From: Trichoplax sp. H2
Lineage: Eukaryota
Direction: 5' to 3'
DNA length: 20,000 nucleotides
NCBI GenBank assembly: GCA_003344405.1
Contig: NOWV01000262.1
Coordinates: 61,115 to 81,114 of the forward strand
A program made the position numbers and the translations under genes. Shown here piece by piece: positions 11,286-20,000 of the stretch (positions are counted from its first letter, which is position 1; each line of letters starts with the position of its first letter). The notes below the pieces were generated by a model, which saw nothing but the letters and a program-made list of their open reading frames with translations, was not told the DNA's origin and did not search any database.

Positions 11286-11764
11286 TATACTGAGCTCAAC
11301 GCGAAGTAAAGCTCTTATCCGTATTTCTGAAATACGAGTTAGATGCATTTAGTGTAACATATCTACCGCAATAAAGTGCTTACAATCCGAAATGAATTAT
11401 CCAAAATATAACTCATCTCAAATGATTAATTCTTGTATTCTATCATGCAAATCTATGTAATTAAGATATTATTAAACTTTCGTCCATGTCCAATACCATA
11501 AAATGTTAGGCATCTTTACAATTACTACTGTAGTACATCAAATTCGCATAGATTCCATACCGTACTTAATTAAGCAATTACAATTAGAAATAAATCAATA
11601 ATGTCTTATATGGGTATCACAGTCGTCAAAAAAACTTAGATATCGAAGTGTAGTTTATGATAGCATTTTGTATTGAACTTCTTAGAAGTATAAACTACTG
11701 CTTTAAGAATTGTCATTGCTAGTAATAACCTAAGTTCCAATGATATTATGATGATATAGTTATA

Positions 11765-12151
11765 TGTTACAAGTATGTATCGAGAACATAGGAGCTAGAC
11801 AGGGCTTACATTCGAAGTAGATTTACATATGAAATTGCTTATTACCTCGAATGTCCGTGTACGATAATTCTATCGCTATAACATGTTTGTAATTGAAATA
11901 TGTTAATAGCATATTAAATATGTTTATAACTACTGAAAGAATATACAAGAAGGACTGTGATCAATAAAAAGTGATCCAGGTTAAGGCTAAGTTTTATGAT
12001 AGCTTTATATCATATATTGTGTTGAGCGAGTTAGTACTTCGTAAGGATTCCAGCTACAATACAGTAGGCTAGGGAAGTAGTTCTGCGGATTAAAGTAAAA
12101 GTTTATTAGAAGTAATGCATTGTTTTCTTGTGTCGTAAGAGTAGTTGTGGC
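11765..12151. mobile_element. Possible LTR-like insertion between LRR remnants
   Basis: Starts TGTTAC, is flanked by TATA on both sides and has no LRR-like translation inside. The right end lacks CA. Confidence 0.2.
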
Positions 12152-13007
12152 TATAGGCAATCATTAATCTTCAAATATCGCATTAATATCTAATATAAGA
12201 AATCCAAATTATATAAATATAGGTACTTAAAGAAACGAATATAAGGGGCTGCACCACATAGTCATAAAACATCCAACAATTACTAGTCACAAAGCATTGT
12301 TCCAGTTTTATCGAATATCCGCTCCAAATAGTGATCGGTAATTTTCAAGTTTTGAAAATATTGAAATTATCCAACAATAGCTAGTGTGTGTATAACATAT
12401 ACGCACTTTTCTTACCGGATATTTACTTATATAAAATGATTTAGTCGTGAAACGTCCTTGTAATACGAGATGCAGCCAAGATTTAATCGTGATGAAATAT
12501 CGCCGTCTAAATAGTAGAAAGTTAGATGTGACAAGTCTGTACTCAATCATGTGTGTCAGATAATACGAGCTTATTTAGCATCTAAGACGTCGTTATATTA
12601 GTCATGTCCGCTATTAAAATCAAGCAATTAACTAAAATATAGGAATCTAATACAATAACGACCTATCGATTCCCTACACCAGAAATGAAAAAGTAATATT
12701 CAGATTTCATTCTTTTGAAAGTAACAATGCTTTGTCAATACAGAAAAAACTTTATGAATCATTCATATACTGTAAAGTAACATTTGAAGAGTAAAACCAG
12801 GAGCTTCAAGAGATTTAAATTTTTGCAAGCAGTTTCACGACTATTTATAATTTTGATCCGAAAGTAATATTTTAGATCCCATAAAACGACTTGCTAGCCG
12901 ATTAGATTAAATTTGGAATTTTCCACTATTGTCCATATCCTTATTGATTAAAGATAGCTATTATTTCAATTTTTAACGATGATGCTTAACAAAGGCATGA
13001 ACAGACT

Positions 13008-13015
13008 TGACGTCA
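13008..13015. promoter_or_regulatory. Palindromic CRE-like site TGACGTCA (within TTGACGTCAA)
   Basis: Exact CREB/ATF consensus ~0.94 kb upstream of the intact GPCR ATG. The same octamer is retained at the paralogous position 15678-15685. Function untested. Confidence 0.3.
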
Positions 13016-13949
13016 ACATAGCAGACTAGATAGTGAAAGGAATTCTATTGACTTTGTTTCTGAGAATGATTAAAAATATGTTTGTAACCTGCTTCAAAAT
13101 TGAATAATAGAGTTCTGGATGGATAATCAATAATCCTATAAATGTGTATGAAAAAATAGTTGTTGCTTTTAATAGTAAAATAATTAGAAAATATTTCCTG
13201 AAATGAATCACAAGGCATATTGTAAATAGAAAAGAATAACTTTCAGTTAAACCTAAGAAAAATTCTGAATGGCTTAGTATAGTAACTCTCTGATTTGCAT
13301 TTATTTTCTTTCATAGACATTATCTAAAGAAATTTACTTCGTAAAGTAAATAATGAACGTTTAATAAAGCCATATTAGACAGTAATTCGGCAACAATTGC
13401 TATAAATTATTGACGGTCAACTTTATTAACTTCACTGATTGAAATAAATTCTTTGAGGAGACAAAAATTTCAAAATTATTTTAAAAAACTTACTTCAAAT
13501 ACTCAAGAAAGCATTTTAAAAACTTTAATACATTTTTCTTTGAAGTCTTGAAGGCTAAGCTTGATTTACTATCTAAAAGTACTTGATAGATTATTTCACC
13601 TATTTTTAAAAAAGTCTACATCATATCTCATATACTTGGAAGGAAACGATACTTTTAATCATAAAATTGACTGCTTGCTGATCTCGCTCTATCTTTATTC
13701 GTTAACGTCAAATGCATAACATCACTGGTAATTATTGGAAAGTGTTAATTAAGCATCAGCAGATTGAAGGTCTCGATTGGTAAATTATTGCAAAGAGAGA
13801 GTCAAAATATCTTGATTTTCAAATTCGTATGAGGACAAGCTTATCAATTCTTAATAGCCTTATTTCGCATCAAAAGAAACTTACAATCCCAAAATTAAAT
13901 TGAAACTGTCCGATGACACATTAAACTTCAGGAAAGTAGCTTAGAAGAA

Positions 13950-14960
13950 ATGGCAAATTCTAGTTACAATTATTCACTCTTGACGATAACTTCATTTACT
14001 TGTATTCCTGTCGGGGTTGTGGGTACAATTACAAATGTTTTCCTTCTAATCATTATTTCAACTTCAAAGTCTTTGAAGGATCCGGGCTATAAGATCATTT
14101 CTAACATTATTGCTTGTGATGGTATAAGTTCGATCCAATTTTTTGTGATTTTTCTTGGCCCGTACCTTCTAACTGATTCCACGTTTTATGCAAGCCGAAT
14201 TTATTGTAGAATTTTATTCTGCTCAATGTATTCGACTTATAACGTCTCGGCCTTTAGTTTAACAGCTATAAGCTTTCATCGTTGTAAAATTGTTATCAAA
14301 GCTTCGCAAACCCGTTTTAAAAAGCTTGAACTGCAGAAGATTAATAGGTTAATAGCAATTATTTGGATATTCAGCTACGTATTTTCTGTACCTGTGATAT
14401 TCTTTACCGATACTAGTAAAGTCGTAACTGGTTACTGTGATATAAGCTATGTCCAAGGCTATTCGTATTTAACACTTGTTTACTTTGTTTGTATGGCTGC
14501 AGTTACATACACTATACCATTAATTGCCATGACTATTAATTACGCGCGATTAATAAAACGACTGCAGACGCATATTACACCTGGTGAAAATCAAATTAGT
14601 ACGCTTCTTAGTCGACGCCGTGATCAAGTTACTAGAACGCTTATAGCCGTCACGAGCATTTTTATGCTCTTTAACGGTCCACTGTTTATTACTTTTATTT
14701 GTATGGCCGCCAACTTGAAAAACTATTACTTATTACGAAATGAGAACTTTATCGTCTACTTTATTTCTTTGCTAGCGCTACCTATGGCTTTATTTGTAAG
14801 TGCCATCAATCCAATATTTTATATAAGTTTCGATAAGAATATCTTAGAGGTTGTTATGCAGAAGTTAGGAATGAAATCAGAAGATAATACATGTATTCAT
14901 TCTGTAACGTTAAGATCAAAATCTAGGAAAGTGCTTGCTCGATCTAATTCACAGCTATAA
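13950..14960 (+). CDS. Intact single-exon class A (rhodopsin-like) orphan GPCR, 336 aa
   Basis: Seven hydrophobic segments with class-A motifs: N-terminal NSS/NYS sequons, TM1 GTITN, TM2 IIACD, Cys in IYCR and GYCD (disulfide pair), TM3 ISFHRC (DRY position), TM4 W..S....P, TM5 YTIP...NY, TM6 FMLFNGP, TM7 NPIFY followed by a helix-8-like DKNILEVVMQKL. Confidence 0.95.
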   Translation: MANSSYNYSLLTITSFTCIPVGVVGTITNVFLLIIISTSKSLKDPGYKIISNIIACDGISSIQFFVIFLGPYLLTDSTFYASRIYCRILFCSMYSTYNVSAFSLTAISFHRCKIVIKASQTRFKKLELQKINRLIAIIWIFSYVFSVPVIFFTDTSKVVTGYCDISYVQGYSYLTLVYFVCMAAVTYTIPLIAMTINYARLIKRLQTHITPGENQISTLLSRRRDQVTRTLIAVTSIFMLFNGPLFITFICMAANLKNYYLLRNENFIVYFISLLALPMALFVSAINPIFYISFDKNILEVVMQKLGMKSEDNTCIHSVTLRSKSRKVLARSNSQL

Positions 14961-15329
14961 TATTTAGCAATATATACTCTAAGTGATTGTCTTTTTAGAA
15001 AAATGCTGAGAACCAGTGTAACATAACTACTTTGAGATTGCAAATTATTTGCCATGCTAAGTATGGAGTTACATAGAATGTAAGCCTCATCTTACCTAGA
15101 TAATTACTCTTCTTGCGTACCACCGATCATTTACGCGATAGAGCTAAATCATTATATCGTAGGGATAAAAATACAGTAAATGTGTAAATCACATTTTATA
15201 TCGTGAATGCTTTATTGTAGGGTCATTAGTGGATAATAACAGTGGCGAAATATGTGTCAGGCGACGATTTCTCTTATATTTCTAGTTCTTAGAAAACGTA
15301 CACGTTTAAGCGGCTAACTTTAGAGATTT

Positions 15330-15890
15330 TACATGTTCAATCTGAGTTCTTGCTTGCATTTATCTTCTACTAAAATAATTTTAAGTCTAATAATAGGTCT
15401 GTAAAGTTCAGTAGGCAAAAAATTATTGCTATTTAATGATTTATTAGTATAATTCAGTATTATGGCAACTAAGGCCCTCCAATGATGCGGTAACCTTCGC
15501 TCTACATACGTATATGCCATTATATGACTCGATGGACTTGTACCGTACTTATTGGTAGATTAGTAAATATTTAAAGATTTAAAAAAGATGAAAAACTGTA
15601 ATTATGTAAGCAAAAAGTTTGTAGATTAATTTGTTTCATAGGTACGGTAATAATTATAGATTTAATGTCAAAGATTTTGACGTCAGCATAATGACTTTTG
15701 ACTGTTATAGAAATTCCATTCTATTGTTCGTTGTATGATTCATATTAAGTTGGCTAATTTCTTCGTAGAATGAGGAATAAAACCTCAGAAAAGAAATTTA
15801 TTGGCTTTTCAAAAGTTAAATTATGATTGTTGCAAAAGTATTGTAAAGTTCTTTTTTTGTACATTTCCTAGAGCGGAGGATTAAATCATG
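15330..15890 (-). pseudogene. 5' remnant of a third LRR(-GPCR) copy (unit C)
   Basis: 15670-15890 aligns by eye with 13000-13220 (ttgacgtca.cata..gact, attctattg, gctttt.a.ag.taaat, atttcct). The ORF at 15329-15520 contains LRR-like IILNYT and LPTELYRPIIRLKIIL. Confidence 0.45.
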
Positions 15891-16096
15891 ATGTAAGTTT
15901 AATAGTCAGAACTTTTAAATCAAATGCTCTTCAAAATATATAACGGGATACGGAGTTAGCTTTTTCGAGATTTTTATTTGATCATAATTATCCATAAAAT
16001 TCAGTATGGTACATATTTATTACTGAAACTACGGTAAAGAGTGCAATTTTATGTTAACTAAACGAAATTTCAGCCTAGATTGTTTGGCATTATCAA

Positions 16097-16904
16097 TGTG
16101 TAATATCACTAAAATTCTTAGCTGGCACATATTCGATTCTAAATTATATTCGCTATAATAATCATTGCTAAAAGCCATTTTAATTCATCATTATTTAGCC
16201 TCTAAGTAATAGGATATTAAGCTCAATAAATCTTCCTCAAGGGCTGATAGCCCTTACTGAGATCTTTAATTTACTTCTAAGTTTAGACCCTTTGAATCAT
16301 TCGGCCTGATTTATCTATGAGCTACTGCATAAATAGAATTTCAGAGGTTATAGCAAATTTCCTTGGTAAGGTAGATTGAGAGTATACTTTTAATATGAAG
16401 TTGTAATGGGAACTATTCCAAACCTTATCCTGAGTCAGTCACTTACTAAATTACATCTCAGCCATAGGGATCTATTAAAATCATTCTAGTATTACGGTAC
16501 TTTATCACCAAAATGATAGGGTTACTGATAATGTTACTGCTCAAAGTGTTACAGAGCTACAGTAAATTTAATTTTGGGAGAGAACATTCCTACTAAACCT
16601 TACGGCAATTAGAGTAGTAATTTATGGAAGCAACTCAAAGTAAGTGCTCTACTTTGAACTAGTAACCATGTCGGAAAGTAGTCCGTGAAACTCGCAGAAT
16701 AATTGTCTAGATCAATATAGAATCTATAAAAAATGGCTTTTACTACAGAATTTTAAGGCAGTGAAGTAATAGCTAATTGGAACAAGATTCCGTAATAATC
16801 TAAGGTGTCATGAGTTCTAAAGGAGCAAAACCTCTCATAAGTACATCTTGGCAGTTCATAAATACAGTTTGCTTATTCTATTTAGGCCAACAAAGTTACC
16901 TACA
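16097..16904 (+). mobile_element. Possible solo LTR in the unit C intergenic region
   Basis: TGT...ACA ends with flanks ATCAA/ATCAG and TATAAAAA at ~16726. It would account for most of the extra length of this intergenic region relative to the paralogous 13220-13950. Confidence 0.3.
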
Positions 16905-17878
16905 ATCAGAATTGAACCACCAATCAGGAGACTTTTCCACAAGTAGATTATTACTAAGTTTTGCAGTATGAGTCATTCTGCTTAACTTTTGTACCACGAA
17001 GCTCTATATAATGATGATAAATTACACGCTCCGTTGCTCAAGCAATATCGATCACTACCAATACACCTTTTCAAATACTCTATGAATAATTGCAAATAAT
17101 TAACAACGAAAAACTGAAGATTACCATGCCATTCAAACTTTGATCTCGATTACTCGGATCAAAAGCTAACAGAAAGAGAGTTTTCCTTTTCAGGCTTGGA
17201 GGGGAAAAAGGTGAAACTGTAAGACCACTATATCAAATCACCTGATTTAACAGAGGCTTTTGCTTGACATCCGAAAGGACTACGTCAACAACTCCAATTA
17301 CGATAATATAGCAAATAACTTACTAAATATTATAGGAAGCGAACTACTAAATCAATAAGCTAAGGTTAGTTATTTAGAATAAATGAAAGTAAAACTTGAA
17401 TATAGAGATTTACTATTAGTAATCATCTTTAGATTTTAAATCAAGGCTGTGATCGCTTATATAAAATAATTAATGCATGGGAGATGACAACCAACTGCTT
17501 CAAGGTTGCATGTTTTATTGCGAAGTGCAAAGAAGATATCTGTACTTAAAGGATTTATGCATAAGTAATCTATTTTTCTGAATTACTTTATTATTCGCAC
17601 GATTACAAATAAATGATCAAAATTTTAATAACCGAAAGAAATGAAAAATTAAAGTATTAAAATGAAACTTCGAAATTATTATATAAGTGGGATGTCAAAT
17701 TCAATTTCTGATATATCGTTTGAGCTTACCGCTGCAAATTCCAGTATTCCATTTGCAATTGGCGGTTTCATAATCAATTCATTCCTCTTCATCACCATTT
17801 CTATATCGAAGTATTCAGTGATCCTATATTTAAATGATCCCTTCTATAGGATCACTGCTTACCATATTACTTGCGACT

Positions 17879-18118
17879 TGTAATGGTTTGTATAGGCGAA
17901 ATAAATTGATGGGCCTTGGCTGATAATTAATGAATCGGTGAAGTACGATATTTGCTGTTATAGCAATTACTCAGAGCCGGACTGATAGCTTGTAAACTGT
18001 GCTCAAATATGTTAGTATTGATGTTAAAGCGTTTAATGCTGTTACAGAATCTAAGTCGATCTTATACCGTAAGATCATTAATCTACGGACCTAACGAAGT
18101 ATCGTTGAGTCTTTCACT
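17879..18118. mobile_element. 240-bp insertion (short solo LTR / TRIM-like) in TM2 of the GPCR pseudogene
   Basis: Perfect TSD CGACT (17874-17878 / 18119-18123; CGACTT if 6 bp). Starts TGTAAT and ends TTCACT (degenerate CA end). Removal restores tgc gac ttt att agt agc (CDFISS). Confidence 0.85.
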
Positions 18119-18310
18119 CGACTTTATTAGTAGCTTCCACTATTTCATTTTTTAACCTGTAGCATTTTTGTTATCCTAGATTTGACTTTTTATCCCAGCG
18201 ATATTTATTGTAAAATTATATTTATTTCTGTGCAATCAACTTCTAAAATTTCGGTTTCCAGTATTAATATAATTAACTGCCTTCGTTATATACTTTCTGC
18301 TAAGGGTCAT

Positions 18311-18903
18311 TGTCGCGGTACGCCGTTACTAATTAAGTAATTGTTGATTTATGAATGCTTATTAATAGATAAGATAAGGTTATATGCTATGTTTAATGCG
18401 CTTGTAGCTGATAATAGGATGGTAGAAATGAGATAGAAATATAAGTTGTTAACAGTTAATTTACTGTAGTTTTGTAAGGTGTGTTAATCTCTAAAAATTG
18501 AGCCGTATATGGACGAAGGTTAAGCGTCTTAACACCTGATAGCTTGTAGCTATCTAAGTCTGAGAATATCGACATGTATATTTAGTAATGGTATTATACA
18601 TACTAATTAATGTAACTTGTAAAGTATGAATTCTCACCTGATAATATTGGAATTCACTGTAGAAACCTATTTAAGCGCGTGTGTTTGTAGAATAAAGTTA
18701 GTAAAATTGTTCAAGAAACGGCTAGACTCATATCGTGAAGAATAGTGTAATAATTAGTCAGTTGTCTGTGGATATCAGCCGAGAAATCGAGTTCTCAAAT
18801 ACTTCTCTCATAGAAACTGAAAGTACTGGGAGAAATAGCCCAAGTTTTAAGCAACTACACTAGAGTTCTTTACTTTCCTTTGCCACAAGCGAGGGTTATG
18901 ACA
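18311..18903 (+). mobile_element. Solo LTR, family 2 (593 bp), inserted in the GPCR pseudogene
   Basis: Termini TGTC...GACA; perfect 5-bp TSD GTCAT (18306-18310 / 18904-18908); removal restores the frame K-G-H-S-K-L; TATTTAA at 18668 and AATAAA at 18691. Confidence 0.88.
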
Positions 18904-20000
18904 GTCATTCGAAGTTAACTTTTACATCTGTTTTTAGTATCAGTACAGTTTCTAAACTTATACCATCAATAGTTATAGCTAATAATTTTATAAACATTTA
19001 ATATTGAGAAGGACTTGTTCGTGTAATGAAGGCATAATAGTTCCAGTTATTCTGGTACACAAATAAGTATTGGGAAATTAGTTCTAATTAATGGCTGCAG
19101 ACAAGGTAAATTTGCTTGAGTAATAAACGAAAGTACAGGTGTTAACATTTTCTCTACAAGATCAAACCGTACCTTATGACATACTTCTACTACTTCTCAA
19201 ATTCGCAGCTACCTTGCTACATTTCTCCAGCGTATTGCTTTAGCATCCTTAATTTTAGCAATTTTGAATATATTTAATACTTTGGAATCCTTAACAAATA
19301 CCATTGCTTAAAATGGAAAATCAAGTAATATTTTATGTTCACTCGAAATATAATTCAGCTTACGTAATTATATTCATATAGATACAATTCAAGATATAAC
19401 TGTTTCGACTGGATCTGCTATATGATTTATTCCAGATATTTTTTAAGGGACAGCAGTTAGTATAATATTTATTTTCTAAAGCTTTGTATAAGCAGCAAAA
19501 ATAGATGAGTAAAGTTCTATTTTTGGTAAAATCATCACGGATGTTAGAACAAGCAGTACATACAGTTACGTAGCCTATTCTTTATGTTAACCTAGAAGAT
19601 GATTGCCTTACAGTATTATGACTTCAATATTTTAGCGGCTTTTTAGCTGTGATCGATGATATTTCTTTTGATATTAAAAATTATAAATGAAATTACTGTA
19701 CTTTCCATTATCGAGACCCATATGTTGATATAAAATATAAATTATTTACCTTTGGATGAGCTATAGAGGAGCATAGCTGGAACTTGTTCTATTCTACTAG
19801 TAAGTTGCCTACTTAGGGGGCTGATAATATAAGCGACATTAACGATCAGGGACCATCCACATCTAGGCAACCATATGAAATAAATTCAGTTAGGCAAATA
19901 AATCTTAAATTCTATATTAATGACTTTAGGAAATTAAACTGTCTTAGGTGATTTCATTATTAAGTGCCGCGATGTAATTGTTTATTCCAGTATTTATAGA

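Larger units (their letters stand above)
5430..13220 (-). pseudogene. Near full-length but heavily decayed LRR-containing GPCR (LGR/RXFP/GRL101-like) pseudogene (unit B)
   Basis: In correct order on the minus strand: signal-like RKYFLIILLLKATTIFS (~13200-13150); LRRNT trace QVCSCLC..KIPNL (~13010-12910); LRRs DLKYYFRIKIINSRETACKNLNLLKLL (12878-12798), YISKYPVRKV..IFSKLENYRSL (~12430-12330), AIINYTSISKF (11664-11632), NKITLI..IFHNCGSLQ (~10630-10570), LPDTWFRELTD (9051-9019), FYELKKLEL (~8826-8800); hinge/TM1 CNSPDYICS..ILRMIVW (~7858-7785); TM2-like IKKNL..AWTDFSLIL (~6890-6840); TM4/ECL2 VWMLGFL, ARSISLLPL (~6440-6335); TM5 FSTAVLI..IN/FCSFMAILTNTYV*IY (~6228-6135); TM6 FVTIMIVSDKAC (~5748-5713); IFLSLM and TM7/H8 AIILLQS..RDFKMTVRK (~5670-5555). 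Confidence 0.7.
17662..19320 (+). pseudogene. GPCR pseudogene, paralog of 13950-14960 (unit C), broken by two insertions, an internal deletion, stops and frameshifts
   Basis: MSNSIS..IPFAIGGFIINSFLFITISISK..LNDPFYRITAYHITCD matches TM1-TM2 of the intact gene. After the 17879-18118 insertion it continues FISSFHYF, then (frameshift) LDLTFYPSDIYCKIIFISVQSTSKISVSSINIINCLRY (= TDSTFYASRIYCRILF...ISFHRC). After the 18311-18903 insertion it reads GHSKLTFTSVFSISTVSKLIPSIVIANNF (= GYSYLTLVYFVCMAAVTYTIPLIAMTINY). A weak TM7 remnant (AILNIF/YFGILNKY) lies near 19260-19305. The 3' end is approximate. Confidence 0.9.

Noticed and set aside
13950..14960. Opsin
   Set aside because: The position equivalent to retinal-binding Lys296 (six residues before the N of NPxxY) is Leu.
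1..20000. CRISPR array, prokaryotic operon, tRNA/rRNA or reverse-transcriptase coding region
   Set aside because: No regularly spaced repeats, no dense ORFs and no recognisable RNA-gene or RT/integrase motifs. Spliceosomal introns indicate eukaryotic DNA.

Overview
AT-rich animal genomic DNA. Short GT-AG introns, an intronless orphan class-A GPCR and multi-exon LRR-GPCR remnants suggest a placozoan-like early-branching metazoan (inference only). The only clearly intact gene is a single-exon rhodopsin-family GPCR at 13950-14960 (+). Manual translation of the apparently non-coding remainder suggests a decayed tandem array of three head-to-head units, each a minus-strand LRR-containing GPCR (LGR/RXFP/GRL101-like) plus a plus-strand short class-A GPCR. 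Unit A: LRR gene <14-2603 and GPCR remnant ~3690-5195. Unit B: LGR remnant ~5430-13220 and the intact GPCR. Unit C: LGR 5' remnant ~15330-15890 and GPCR pseudogene 17662-~19320. The broken copies are interrupted by solo-LTR-like elements (TG...CA ends, 5-bp target-site duplications) of several families. Two copies of one family lie in inverted orientation (3946-4563 and 7974-8557) and mimic a long-TIR transposon. All alignments were made by eye; no searches were run.
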